Shown here: piece after piece, positions 49,401 through 63,958 of the stretch | Position numbering within the stretch: position 1 is the stretch's first letter | Layout of the letters: each line of letters starts with the position of its first letter | Notes under the pieces: model-generated | The model's database searches: none | The model's input: only the letters and a program-made list of their open reading frames with translations | What the model was told of the DNA's origin: nothing | Assembly: GCA_002633005.1 (NCBI GenBank) | Contig: NMRA01000903.1 | Coordinates: 40,094-104,093 of the forward strand | DNA length: 64,000 bases | Reading direction: 5' to 3' | From: Phoronis australis | Lineage: Eukaryota; Animalia; Phoronida | Position numbers and translations under genes: made by a program

Positions 49401-51899
49401 CATGTACGGGATGGCGCTCAATTTTAACGGAACCTTTTTTAAATTAAAACTTCACCAGTTACCCCAGAAAAGCTATAGAAATTTTCGATTAGTCTCTTCA
49501 CTGGTTTCTAGGACAAATCAACTCGAAAAATGTATTGTGTTTTTAAGAAAATAGCGGTCGTATTCGTCTTTGCTAAGTAAGTTACGCAAAAACTAGGCCT
49601 TTTTATCGAAAATCCTAAAACAGTTTTGAGATTGATGAATTAATGTTAAGTCTGGGAAGTTTCTTCGAAATCCACCGAGCTGTTTTCGAGAGCTCGTTTT
49701 CCTAAATTCAAATTAAGTCGATATACCGAAGCTGAGAAAAAGTCGATTGAACTGGGCCAGATGAAAATCTCAAGGTCTGAGGTTAATTATTTGGTCAATA
49801 TAAACTGTGCATGCTTTAACCATGTTCGCTATTTCAACATCCATTCGCAATATTAACTGAATTTGCAGTGCGTAATTAACTTAATTATCGGTGAGACGTT
49901 AATTCTTTTTACCTAGTCCAGCCACGAGGCGGGATCAGCTGCTGACCTACTTTTAAGTAGGTCAACAATTCATTATTATACACACCACGTGCAGAGAGAC
50001 TGATACAAAAGCAAGAAAGGAATGAATCACAGCAGTTAAAGCACGTCATGAGATCGAGACATCGAAACGTCCATTATAAGGAATTATGTTAGGATTTTTC
50101 TCTTTTCACAACATGCTGTGTTCGTGACCTCAAAATCGCCAGAGGGCTAAAGAGACTCATAGCATTTGTTCCCAACGGTCGTATGCATGCAGACGCACTG
50201 CTCCCTCAGTATCAATACTACGCTTTGTCACTCTGTCATTTGTTCACCTCGTTGGCTCAATATCATGGCGACTCGGTCATTGAATGGACTGGGGTATATA
50301 TTAAGCTACTCTGTACCTGTCGAGAGATTCGATTTAAGTGACAGTCGTGTAACCTATGACATCAGATAAATATCGCTACACGGTATCTACTACGTATTTT
50401 AAGTTCCCCGAAAATCAAGAAAAGGTACGTATTTTGTTTGACATATGTGAAATATTGCAAAAATGACTAATTTTTGTGACCAAGGTGATATCCTTAAACT
50501 TGTGACCCTGGGAATCTAGTTGTGGGTGCTTACCCGTACATGTATGCTGAGCCCGAGTCCCGCTGGTTACCCATGGTCTAATTGTAATGGAAATACACAG
50601 AGCCGACGTTAACCCTAAGCCTAGTTTCCGACGAGAAAGTTACATCGGCGCTCTCTAACTGACATGCAGCTACGCACAAAATCCGTGATAGGAGAAAATA
50701 CACAGACGTTGAAAAAATACGAAAAATCCAGGACTGACACACCATACTAATGTCATCAAAGACGTTAAGATGCCCATAAATCTAAGTGCGACATTTGTTA
50801 GCACTGCTCAAATTTTTGAAACTCGAACAATTGAAAAACTTTCCGTAAAAAAACTTCCGCGAGGCATTGTATACCCAAGTCGAATCATGCACGAGAATGA
50901 TGCAGTGGAAATTCCACAAAAAAGTCTTGTGTCTAATATTGGTTACGTATTTTTAACTAGTTTTTCCCGAAATTAAAATCCTCGAAATACTTCGGTTTGT
51001 GCGGGCGGAATTCCATTATAAGGTGATTCAAGTTTGCTACTTTGACGTTGAATACGCACAATACATGGGAAAATGGATCAGCAACAAAATGTTACGTGAT
51101 CTTGTTTGGCACTGATTACGTGCTATTTATGAAAAAATAGGTCACTAAAAAGTAGCACGTGTAGAGCAAATGTTACTTCGGCATCGGATGTGAACAAGGT
51201 TGGGATTGATTTGACTCTTAAATCTGCGAGAAATGAATGGTTCTTTTGAAAAATAAATTTGTCGCGTAGTATCAGAGGCAGCGACACCTGGGAAGTGTCG
51301 ACTTGAAGAACTCGTGCATTCTTAATGCACTGCGAAAAGAATAACAACACCATGTCTTCGGCGACCACTGCCACAGGCAACGAATGTAACACCCATGGAC
51401 TCGTAATTGAAAGTGCAAACGCTCGAAAAAAGGATTGGAGAAAATAGGAATACGACCCCAAAATTGGATTGCTTTCATCAACGTGGGGGCGGAGATCCAA
51501 TGCTTTTTTCGTCAAATCCGAAAATACGAGTGAAAATACGCAGTCACTCGTATCTAGCCAAAGTCACGACGTGCTCTAATTTATAATACACGGCAATATT
51601 TCGCGTAATCTTGCGAAGTCTTCCTCTTCAGCGAGATCCTAGCGTTACTGAACTCTACCCACGTTTATACATGTAGCATCCAAGGCACCCCAGTGTGTCA
51701 ATCATGTGCATAATGGCTGTAGTTCAATCAGTGCACACGGCGGGTCTCCACCAATCAAAAATAAATCGAAAATTTTGAAAACTTATATCACATGAGAAAA
51801 AGATTTCCTCACGGGAATGAGTAGAGAAAATTTCAATCACCCAGAGAATAAAAAACTGTGCCAAATAAAGTCATCGTACATGCACAATTAGAAGCAAAT

Positions 51900-52480
51900 T
51901 TGGAGAGATAGTAGTCACCGACAAGCTGCAAAATTCCAGAAATCAAAGAAATGCTGAGGAGAAGGCGTGAATGGAGTGGGTAAATATCTTTTCAATTATG
52001 TTTTTGGAATAATATAACAATAAGTTCTGGAAGAAAGTTGCGGAGGATCTTGGCTTGAGTGAGTGGTATTGGTAATGATGGGTTGAGCGGTGGAAAGATT
52101 ACACAAAAATCGGCGAATCTTGAGGAGATATTTTTTTATCGTTTGGATGAATCAAGATTGATATAATGAAAACCTGAGAAATATGGGGTAAGAGCTTATT
52201 ACAAGTCTTTTAGAAAAAAATTAGACAGGAAATATGAAAAATGTCGTTTAAGGAAAAAATATTCAGAGACCGAAATAACGGGTTAGTATAAGATAGGAAG
52301 TATGATGAGGTATATTTCGAACAGCAAGTTTTTGTAATACTTGTAGTCTACGTCAGTTGTGGAAACCCCAGCATGTTACAGCATGAGTAAAGTGTGGTAA
52401 AATGAGAGCTTTATAAATCAAAAGGAGAACATGATGAGGAAACGTTCCTTTTAACTTGTGCAGTACACCACATGTTTTAT
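51900..52480 (-). pseudogene. CR1/L2-group (Crack/Daphne-like) LINE RT C-terminal relic
   Basis: CGVLHKLKGTFPHHVLLLIYKALILPHFTHAVTCWG, followed by a degenerate LQ.LQK.AVR.I segment. Confidence 0.75.
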
Positions 52481-52559
52481 CAGTCTTGTAGACCCGTCCT
52501 CGTGCAACAATAACAGGAAGTACCATCGTTAGTAGTCTCGCAAACACGGACATTGTCCA

Positions 52560-53210
52560 TTGACACACAATGTTGACTAAAGAACTAAAAACAGCTACCT
52601 TGGAATCAGATGCCTTAATTTAGAGACAGTTTACAACAAATGATTCTGGGCGTACTTTCAAAACCTCTGGAAGAATCTGTGAACAAAATCCAGGAAAAAG
52701 TCATAAAGTAATGTACAAAAAACCTAGGAAATTCTGAAATTGACCAACTAAACTACGAAGTGTCACACCTTCGCGAGAAATCTAACCAAGATGAAAATAA
52801 TTGCTAGCCTAATGATGAAATTAGATGATCTAAAACAGTATTCCCGTCGGAACTGTTTACTGGTTACTGGCGTCAAGAAAACGAAGAACGATAATACAGA
52901 CAAGCATGTAATTGACATTGTTCACAAACATAGCCTATATAACGTCATCACGGAAAAAGATGTTTACCGCAATCATCATTTGGAGACAGAATTATTGTTA
53001 AATTTACTACCTATAATGCGCTTCAAGCATTTTCTAATTAGCAGTTTTGTCAACGAATACCTCACGAAAAAGCAAAGTGAACTAATCTTTCAATGTCGAT
53101 AGCTGAAACGAAACGGAAAGATACAAGCTACCAGCCTGGTGCACAGATGGTTCAGTGAAAATGAGAGTCAAGGACAAGACCCATACAGTGATTTGGCGAC
53201 GTGAATGAAC
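52560..53210 (+). pseudogene. LINE ORF1 (Tnp22-type) relic
   Basis: KLDDLKQYSRRNCLLVTGV, FVNEYLTKK and WCTDG. Confidence 0.8.
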
Positions 53211-54857
53211 TGATTACCTCTGGTTGGCGTAAGGTCAATTAGCTGACAGCAACTCACAGTGCCAGTTCAGTAACTTTTGTTTACAAGAACTCGGCGCATC
53301 GGTACAGTTCCACTCTATTGGCATTGCGTTATGTACAGTAACAATAACTGACTGGCTCGCACTGTTGTGTGCCTATTAACGTAAACACCTAATTTAATCA
53401 CTGGCTGATCCAATCAATTATGTTTTCCTGCTTCATACTACAGTAGTGTTTCGATGTTAGTCTTGATAGTACGTATACAGTTTAGATTATCGTTATTTTT
53501 TTTTAAAATAAGAGACCGCAAGCATTCACTTTTCAATTTTGCATGGCGTAGTTGAAGAGCAGCGCAGTTATGACATTTCGTCCACCATGAATGAACCCAT
53601 TAACATCATAGGGGACATGTCTTTAGATTCCATTGAGGTGTTAAACGCCTATGGTGGAAACGACAATTACAACATCATTGACATACCTAACTGGCAAATT
53701 GAGATTGAATGATGAAGATAGTTTCATCAACGTGCGCATACTATGATACTAGTGGTTTCAAAAATTATCTTAAGTACAATAAACACAAGTTATTCAAATA
53801 AAGTGTCAATATACAATCTATCTCTTCCAAGTTTGCAGAATTTCAGGCAATGATTCATGAACCACACGTTTTGTATTGACATCAACTGATGTCACGCGAA
53901 ATACGTTTCCCTGGTTTAATTAAAGTAGGTCTCCTGACCACTCTTGCTCATTAAAAATTTCTCTCCACGTGAACGTTTACAGTGTACGTGGGTAAGTCCG
54001 TATTTGAACTGATTTATCTTAGCATTGAAGTTGAAATAAAGCTTTAAAACTTAACGAACACGAAAGCTGTGACCAGATTGCCCTGATTTTATAGGCCGTT
54101 CAAAAAACTTTGGGCCGCAAGAAATTATAATATTACAAAATTAAATAACACCAAATGTTAAAAAATTCATCGTTTATGAACAAGCTCCATAAACTCAACT
54201 GTATTGTTTTGTGTACATGTACATATGGGAACGCCTCAGTGCTCACTGGAGGATTAGTTTTCCAAGGGAACTTATACCGTGGCACCGGATTATATTTGCT
54301 TCTTTGTTAGATTTGGGGCAATCGCAACACAGGCGACTTGAAACGAGGGGCCAGCGAACACCCTCTTGTCAAGACGCGAAATCGAACAAATGACCTTTCT
54401 GATGTGTTTTCAGGACAATAGTGAGATGAATCCTACCCATATTTTGAGAACCAGTTGATGACCGTTATTCAGTGGAGGAAACTGGTTCTCAAAATTTGGG
54501 CACGTTATATCCAACCATTACCCTTCATTGCTGCTTCGAATAACAGGTTCCGACAGGTGTGTTAGTGTCCGTGCAATGCACGAAACATTGGGATTGAAAA
54601 AGATTGATGCCCCTTTTCTTCAATTATCGAAACATATCCTGATGAAGAAGTGTATCCCCCAGTTATCTGACAGAAAAAAAAAATCTTGTGAGTGAGCGAT
54701 ACATTCCGATATAACCAAGGCTTACACAACAGAACTGGGAAACAAAATCACCAGGTTCTTTTTAAAAATTGTAGTATACATTTCCTTCATTACACTGGCA
54801 AGCTTTTTTACAGCGGCCATAAGACATGTCCTTCTGTCGAAAACAATTTTCTTGCCA

Positions 54858-55019
54858 CGGTGGCGGACTTAAGAGGGGGGACAAAGGCGCCACGGCCCAC
54901 CTAAAATTCTCACGGATTCCATTTTGTAAAATTCGGGGGATGCGAATGTCTGACAGGCAAAATCCTGAATAATACTCTGCCCTGCCCATCCCCAGCTCAA
55001 AATCGTGGGTCCGCCCCTG
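54858..55019. mobile_element. CAGTGGCGGA-type MITE
   Basis: cggtggcggactt ... ggtccgcccctg. No TSD seen. Confidence 0.65.
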
Positions 55020-56663
55020 AATCAATCAAATGTGTTAGCATCTCAAATTTCAATTTTTGAGCTGAAACATTCACGCCGTGACCTCAAACCTTTTGAGGCA
55101 GGTAGGAAGCAATAACGAATGGTAAGATCTTCCGAGTCTAAGGATTCCTTGTAAACTAAGTACAGTGTAAGGATAAGAAGAGGTCATTTCTAAAATGACT
55201 ACTGGCCTATATGAAGACTTGTTTTTTACTGAAATTACGGATTTAATGCTCTTTTAGTTATTTACCTGAACAGCTAAAGAACACACAAATTATAATCGCA
55301 CATGAAAATTACCGTTCCTCCTCTTAATTGTTAATACTGTTAATTTCAGTTACATTTTTTTATGTTTTACAAGTGCAACAACAATTTCACTCGTTCTACC
55401 CCGCTCTTTGGCCATACTTGTATAACTGTTCATTTCATTTCCGATTTATGTTCTACATAATTTATGAATATTTATCTTCTACAGTGTCTCACTTTACTAT
55501 TTCTCCACTTTGTTTCATGTACGACCTAATGATACGTGGATTTATTTTTATTCAGGCTGTACTGCATGTGCCGATTGGGTCTTTCATCTGGTTTTAAATG
55601 TTTGTACTTTTGTATATTTTTCAAATGAGCCCTGCAAGAAAACTGTACGTACTGTCAGTACAAATTAGGATTTCATTCTTTTATTCAACCCCGTTAAACT
55701 TATGGAACCTTTTTGAGTACGTCAGTACAGTGCATAGGAGTATGCAGTTTTCCTTCCATCCATTCTTAATTTAGACCACATTTCATATAAATAACAATTG
55801 ATCAATAATTGTGCGTTGATCGAGACTACACGCATGACACTAAACGTCTAATTTGCTAAACATTGGGTATGCTCTCAATCAATATGAAGTAGTTTACTAT
55901 GTGTTCATTTATACACCTCAACATTGTTCCTCTGTTATTATATCTGGGCATCTAGAACTCACTGTTGGCAGGGCAAATGTTAGATTTATCTAAATTTTAG
56001 TCTTCCTACCTAAACCAAGACAAAAACTAAAGCAGTACCCCCCGCCTGATGAAAACACATGTTGGACAGGTAAACATTGCAGTGCGAAAATTAATTTGAG
56101 GCAATTATGGTAATTTTCATTCAGAGTATTAAGAATCGATTCATGTTATTTGTGTGTTTGTCGATGTCTTTGCGCATACCCACTTTTTACTAACCGTTTG
56201 ATTCAATTCTTCCGTGAAGTAAGCTGTTTAAGCGATTTCTTCTCGGTTACAGGTGAGTTTTACATGAGATACGGCACATGTATATTATTTTCGAAAATAT
56301 AAGAAAAACCCACGATTGACGAATGCAGCTTTGACTGATTTTAAAAATTCTAAGTCTATTGTTCGGTCATGCTATGGACGAGGGAATTGCTTAAAGACGA
56401 ACTCTAATAGTTCATATCAGACAGGGTCAATAAAACATTTCTCCGACCAATGTAAAATCCATTCTCTAAAAAACTACAAAAATGCAGTTTGACTAAAGTG
56501 ACGGCGTCGCATATCGAACGAGAGTCTTACCTCACACGGTATATGGTTATAAACGCAGTTTGTTTATACATGTAACCTAAGTTTATATCTATGTTGCAAT
56601 TTTCGAGAACTTGGTCAGCGAAGGTGATAAAGTCGAATCTTTCTCCGTCAGGGGCCGCAATAG

Positions 56664-56982
56664 CAGTGGCGGATTTGGGGGGGGCAAAGGGGCCATGCCT
56701 CCCCTAAAATTCTACCAGATACCCTTTGGGAGTTCGGGAGCTAATTACTGACTGGCACATGCAAGCAACCAGGGGGCTCGGGGGGTGAATAAACAATGCA
56801 TAGGCCCTGAACAACCCCGTTACCGTTTTTATTTTTAGTCAACAGGACCGCAAACCCAAACATTCGAGACCCTTGCATCCCCGCAGTTTAAGCTGGGCGC
56901 GCGCATCTGCCAAAATNNNNNNNNNNNNNNNNNNNNNNNNNNNNNNNNCCCCCCCCAAATCAAAATCCTGGATCCGCCCCTG
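56664..56982. mobile_element. CAGTGGCGGAT-type MITE with 5-bp TSD, spanning an N gap
   Basis: aatag|cagtggcggattt ... ggatccgcccctg|aatag. Confidence 0.72.
56917..56948. other. Assembly gap
   Basis: Run of N. Confidence 0.99.
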
Positions 56983-59900
56983 AATAGGGCGTTCTCGTTG
57001 TCTAAGTGTACTTTTCTAATGAATACAATTCTTTTGTATCAAGGTGTAGTTCTTTTCTGGTTTCCCGCGACTCTGTTCTTATGATGCCGCATTCGCTTCA
57101 TTTTATAGCGGAGTGGGTAAGAGACACAAGTTGCGCACTCTTGGCACTATGTAGCGTATGCTTGGTACTATGTATCATATGCACCTCTACACTACAACTG
57201 GAAACATATGCGGTTGACGAGAAAAGAAATGTATTCACAAAGAACAAACTTGCGGGACATGAATAAGACTGCGTGAACATGATAATGAACTTTGCTAGCA
57301 CCAGTGAAAGCTTTGGAGAACTCGAATTACAAGTGTCCGAAGTTTTCCCTGACCCTCTGCATCAATGCATAACAACGCAACATCAGCAGCGAGAAAATTG
57401 ATCTTTCTGAGATCAGCGTCGGCGCGGAAACGAACCCGCAACTCCCGCGGTGGCAATCCAACGCTCTGCTGTAGGAGTAAAATCTCGCTCGATAAATTTT
57501 GGTGAATGTCTGGCAAATTTTTGCGAGAATTGTCGGTTTGTAAGAAAAGCACAAAAACACAAACGCTTTTGTGGTTTTATAGCTCTTCGCACGGGTACCA
57601 GCTAGTTTACGGAAATCAGCTTTGCTGTGTTTACGCTAGACATTGGAAGTTGCCCTGATAATACATGCCAAAGTTAGGAAACAAAAATATCACTTATAAA
57701 CGTCGTACTGTTATCAGTGTTTTTTAAGAATCATTTGTTTCCGTCATCACTTTTTGTTCGTAAATGTCACATTTCATTTTTTGTGGAATGTCCATTTTTA
57801 CAGTTCGCTGTATACAAATGTGATGGTGATAATGGCACGTACATGTAGTACATACACGCGATTTGTCTTTATTACCATACCTCAAATTCATATGTACAGA
57901 TATATGATGAATGTATGTTTTACACGCGTAGCTGTAGTAAACAAAATTTTTAATCAAATTATTTTGATACTATTCCCGATGAAGCCAACATCTGGGCCCT
58001 ATTTTAGCGTTTTAATATATAGGTATCTCATCAAACAATATTCCAAAAAAGATAATGTCTCTTTAAACACTGAGATTATAATACGAGTTTTAACTAAAAT
58101 GTAATGGGATGCAAAACCTGAACATATACCAACGAACCTACGGTATATACGTATAGGTTCATAATTACATCGTACGATGGGCATACACTGTACAAATAGA
58201 TGTTTTTAATATTTAGCAGAAATGGTGACACATTAATAGTTAAGTTGAATTCTTACTAAATGTGACACAGTTCATACGTGTTGGGCTCTTCTTTCACTAA
58301 AATGTCGTAACTTTTCTATGTTTTTACATAGAATCTAAACGCAGACTTACCCCTAGCTTGCAACTTGTAGCAAGTCTCTGTTAAGACTGTGGCTTCAAAA
58401 CGTTGTAAAGTTTACGCCATTTTAGTGGGACAGTCCCCTGAAAATAGTGAAACATATTCTGCGTTTTAAACAGCCCGCTTATCTTTACACGGACAAATTT
58501 GAAATCTCATAGTATGATCATGCATGTGGACGCGTGAGCTGATATTTGAACTAACAATGTTTCTTTTTAAAAAACGTTTAACTTAAGTACTTTGTATGTA
58601 GGCCCTTATGTTCCTAAGCTTCAAATATAGAGTAGGTGCAAACAGATGTTCCGTGCTTTGGTACTTCGGGTATTGTGTGTTCTTTTGTCACTGCTAGGTA
58701 CATGTAGTATTCAACATGTTGTAAGTAATTTAACTTTGCATTCTCTTATGCCACATTTAACTTTTTCGAACTCAAATGTTTTGCTCACGGGAACATATGA
58801 TTAGGCTTGAACGCTCCCATATGGACCTATCGGAAAATGTTGTAATTATGACTAGAACAGTTGGCCACGTAAGTTCACGGGATCGGTGAAAACACGACTT
58901 TAATCTTTAAGATTTTATCAGACCAAATATCAACAAAAGTTTTGATTTTTACTCCATAAAACACTACGTTCTGAAAGTAGATGTAGGAAGCCTGTATAAT
59001 TTGATTTTAACATTATATCAAGCTCACATTAGTTGGGTCACGTGATTATGCTTTAGCAAAATTATATGAAGTATATAAAAGTATATGAAGCAAGCACGGG
59101 TAAATATTCGTTTTTTCAAATTTCAGGGTTTATCAGAGGTTGAAATTTAACGCAGCTGACATAAACAGTACACGTATGTACATACTGTAGCTTTGGTAAA
59201 ACAACGTCTGCCTGAGAATGAAACGGCATTTTTTGACTCGTAGCAAGAAACGGCTGGCGTACAGATGTGTTTACTTAAGTGATCAATTCTTGATACAGAT
59301 GGCCCAGTCGTCAGGTGTATCTAGGTTTCCGTCCGTCAACATAACCGATGAAGTCACTTACACTACAGATCAATGAACAAATGTGGTGAAAATAATAGCT
59401 TTAACGTACATGGCAACATGACTCCACGGGTTCGGAGAGATTCATTGTGACGTACACTGTACATGTATGCGAATATGCCCCCACCAGCAGCTGAATTGTG
59501 GGTGATGCGCTTCATCCATGACCCATTTTTCTTATGGATGAATTGCTGACTACCGTTTGACGTGCTCTTGACGACCAGGAGACAATTTTGGAGAGCCAGC
59601 CCAAAGTCTATTATTCACGAATTTCCCACCACTTCCTGCTGCAACTTTGGCTCTCGGCATTTGGAGAAACAAAATTTTTCATTTCCTGCCCAGAACGGGT
59701 GTAGAAGTGAATTGTCAGAAAAGCTTGAGACAGGGTTCAGTCGAATCCCTCGAGGAAAAGATCGAGGCAAAAGATGAGAAAGTGTAGAATATTATGACAC
59801 ATTAAGGTTTGATTGAGGGAAAGCGATTAAAATTTCGACAATGCTGACCGGGGATAATGAGATGGTGATAACGATGTGGGGAGGGAGGTCAGAGGGAGGC

Positions 59901-61416
59901 AGACAGGAATCCGTTTTCTATACGACAGACTACAATGACAATAATTGTTGAGTCTGTAATTTTCACAAAACAGTTGCATTCCTTGGTAAGTTAGTGTCGA
60001 TGTGCTACACCCGCAGACCGGCTGCTCAGTTTGTGATGGTTTTGTAGCAGGCTCTTTCTTCTAATTATCCTGATTTATTAATTAAATGTCCTTTATCTAT
60101 CAAAATTATGCAGCCACATAGGTCTCGTATTGCGCAACGTGATCGCTCTGTTACCCTTCGCCACTGGTTTCAGTTGTCGCTCACTTTTGCAATGTGATGA
60201 AGGTGTGCTTAACGCATACCTTGTACCATACTCATCTCTGTGGGATGATAGACCGATTAACGACCACATGTTTAAATGGGTTAAATTTTGATCTCGTTTT
60301 AAAAGAACCGTTATGAATAGCACACAGCAATGGTTTTCATTTCCGATAGAGTAAGTCTTATTACTCTTCCTGGTAGTAGAGAGATTTCGGGAACGGTAAA
60401 TTGGAGGATATCGAATACCGAACACGTGTTCTTAGCGATATCACGCTAATGTAATATGATACGTGATGTAGGATCTTATTGAGGATCGCCAATTCAAAAT
60501 CAATTGCCAGAAAAATTAGGCTGTGTACAGGTTCTGAAGGAAGAAAGATCACGGGTCGTAAAAATATATTTCAAACTTACTTGTCAGTTATTATAACGAG
60601 GTCACCCTTTTAAGTCATTTTTCCATTTTCTTTCATTTTTTCATTCATGCAAGAAGCGCATATACCCCTAAGCAGATTTTAATGAAACTTTCTTTGCATG
60701 GAAACTTGCCGATATGTTTCAAAAAATCTGCTAGCACTTTTCGAATACTCATTTAGTATTTTTCTTTGCCAAATCAGTAAGTTATAAAACGTGCGGTATT
60801 TTTGTAAAACAAGCTGTCATATTCGTTTATGGCACAATGCAATAAAACTACTAGGAGTTAAAAATCCTAACAGCGTTTCTGAGGTCGATAAATAAATTTT
60901 AAAATTGGAAAGTTTCTGTGATGTGTAAAGAGCCGCTTTCGAGAACCTTTGTCCATAAATTCAAATCAAGTCGAATTGCCGAAGTCGAGAAAAAGCCAAA
61001 AGTCGAAATTTCAGGGTTTTCAATAAGTTATTTGGTGAAAACTTCTTTTGGTCACTATAACCTTTGCATGCCATTATTGTTCTTCATTTCAACACTCACA
61101 CGTAATGTCAACTGAATATGCAGGGCACAATAAACAGAAACGTTTTAATTCTGTAAGTCGATTTTCAATGCCTCGAGTCAAACTAGGTTAGAGGATTTAA
61201 CGTAAGTAGGTCAACCTTGAGGTACATATCAATCACTCAGGGCAAAACAATTGACCTATCGCCAGGATTATGACGGTCGGCTTAATTGACCAATCAGAAC
61301 GCAGCATTCTTGGTACACCTTCGTCTGCGTTTCAAAGCCGCCATTTTACCCGACAAACCACACGCAGTCGAGTAAAACTTACTTTAGTCTATAGCTCAAG
61401 AAATTGTCCGCTAAGA

Positions 61417-61631
61417 ATGGGGAAACGGTGTTGATATGACGTGTGTAGCACCGACAGTCGTTATGCTGCTCCAGAATAATATCCCGTCATTTTTGGCATT
61501 TCCTAAGCCGAAAAATGATGTTGAAAAGCGTAAACTATGGATCAAACTGTACGGCCACACGAGCAGCTGCACTTAGCGATGTTGCTTGATAACTCGAAGG
61601 CTATTATAAACACAAATATATTAGTTCCAAG
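61417..61631 (+). pseudogene. THAP domain relic (5' end of a DNA-transposon gene)
   Basis: MGKRC*YDVCSTDSRY, FLAFPKPKNDVEKRKLWIKLYG, HEQL and HKYISSK. Confidence 0.75.
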
Positions 61632-62304
61632 ATTCGCACTTTTCAGCTTGGTGGCTATGGTACAGGGCTATCTCAGATTTTGACTCCCGAGTTGACTACG
61701 TCTGGCGGCCTTTGTCTCGGCACCTGCTGGATCTCGGCACTCTAGCGGTAGTCCCCGGAAATTGTTGTTTTCAAGGACATTTTATTTTATGTTTTTTATT
61801 TATTTCAACCTAATGGACATTATTTTGTTTCGTATTAGAGGTACATTTTTGTTATTCATAAACCGTAAGCTGGCGTTCAACTGAACTTTTCTCCCGGTCA
61901 AAATTCAGAAATTCGATCGGCACGGGGAAGGGCACTGGATTACTGCCGGAACTCAAGGCCTTGGTCGAGCTGTTGTCACTAAAAATAAACTGTTGAATTA
62001 CTTTTTGACGTGTACCTCTAGTATACACTATGTCTGTAGAGTTAGAGAGAGTTCATTTTGAAGTTGTTCAAACATGATGTTTAGATTTATGAAGCTTTAA
62101 AAAAGAATTTGAGTTATTTTTGTAAATACCCTATTTTTGCAACTACCACACCAGACTTGCAATCTTTTGTAACCATACCACGCCTTAGTGATCATGCTAC
62201 CTTCAAAATTAAATGAAAGCTACCTTTATGGAATGAAACTACAAAAAAATTCCAAGTTCATAAGAAGGTAGGCCTAATTTAAATGTCTTAATGGTGCAAA
62301 CGGA

Positions 62305-62628
62305 GATAGGCGGATTTAATGGGGGCAGGGGCCCCAGCCCCCCCCCCCTTAGCTGCCGCAAGCAAAATGAAACAGCAAGAGCTTGAGGAAATACTAAGTT
62401 CAGTAACTAGGACTGGTAGCGGGAGAGGGGGGTTCAGACCCCAGATCGCAGCGGAATCGTGTTCCTGTTTTTTTAGTCCACCGATAGATTTTCTGAACAG
62501 AAGGTCCAACGGTTTACATCCCCGGCCCCTGCAACTTTCGGGTCGCCTGTGCACATACAATTGCACTTTGCCCAACTCCACGAGGCAACATATGTTGGCC
62601 CCCCTGTGGTATTTTAGATCCGCCACTG
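62305..62628. mobile_element. GGCGGAT-type MITE, possibly composite
   Basis: gataggcggattt ... agatccgccactg. No TSD seen. Confidence 0.6.
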
Positions 62629-63505
62629 AATTCCAGACATTAATTTTACTTAGACACAGCCCTAGACCTACCGGAGCTAACTGTTTGGCCAGGACGAGAT
62701 GAGTGTGTACCTGCAGCTATGAACCTGAATTTTTTGATCAAAATATTTTGTTACAAGATTAGAAAAGCGTAAACAGTGCTATCGAGTCGACCTAGTCAGA
62801 CACTATAATAGTGCATGTGTTGTTTGTAATCTATGACCTAGTATTTTACTCCAGGAGTCCCACCAGTTGTGACCTACTTTTCATTTGGCGAAATTTAGCA
62901 GACGACAGAATAACAATATTGGTGAATCTTCACTGATTTTATTCGAAAGATAATGAAATCTATGGAATCGTACAGATAATTCGACTTTAAGGTACATACC
63001 CAGCTTTACATGAACATATCGTATCAGTGGCCTTGTCATTTGTCATGTGAAGGTGGCACCGAGGCCGAGGGGTTCTTCGGGTTTTCGCTGGCTCCTCGAG
63101 CATTAATTTTTTCATCGTCACCTTTTCAAATTTCCATGTCATGAACGTACGATTCACTGTTGAAAAGCATTGCCTCTTGTCTCTGTCGACGCGTTTTCAA
63201 ATAGTACAATGACACTCATCGATCCCACCAGGAACGTCGTTTAGCGACAGTGTATTTGCCTCTGACATCTCGTTCGAATGTCGGGTATCACATGACTTTT
63301 CGCATAGGGGCGGAGCTTGCGATAGGTCAATTACCAAACGGATGTTGAAGTATTCGTGATTAAGCGCGCGGTGAGCACGGGATCGAAACAAAGAAACGTT
63401 GCATAAAAAATGTAATGTATGAAGTAGGGTAATTTTTTGCGACTTGCCTCAGGGAAGTGTGGTGGATGTAAAAGGACAGCACGGCAACTTTTTTTCTCCG
63501 TTGGT

Positions 63506-63958
63506 AACTCTATCGATAGACTTAGTATCTCTAGCGGTAGACTTATTAACTCTGTCGATAGACTTACTATCTGTATCAATAGACTTACTATCTCTATAGA
63601 TAGACTTACTATCTTTATCGATAGACTTACTATCTGTATCGATAGACTTACTATCTCTATCGATAGACTTATTAACTCTATCGATAGACTTACTATCTGT
63701 ATCGATAGACTTACTATCTCTATAGATAGACTTATTATCTTTATCGATAGACTTACTATCTCTATAGATAGACTTACTATCTCTATAGATGGACTTACTA
63801 TCTTTATCGATAGACTTACAGTCTCTATAGATAGACTTACTAAGTCTATCGATAGACTCAGTAACTCTATCGATAAACTTATTAACTCTAACGATTGATT
63901 CACTACCTCTATCGATAGACTTACTATCTCTATCGATAAATTTAATAACTCTGTCGAT
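63506..63958. repeat. 21-bp minisatellite (CTCTATCGATAGACTTACTAT), about 21 copies
   Basis: Direct tandem periodicity of 21 with a palindromic core CTATCGATAG. Confidence 0.97.

Noticed and set aside
59300-59800. Coding-like stretch
   Set aside because: Several partially open frames but no recognisable motif or splice structure, so no call can be supported.
62288-62702. Opposing 112-127 aa ORFs
   Set aside because: They lie in a GC-rich MITE, where stop codons are naturally rare.
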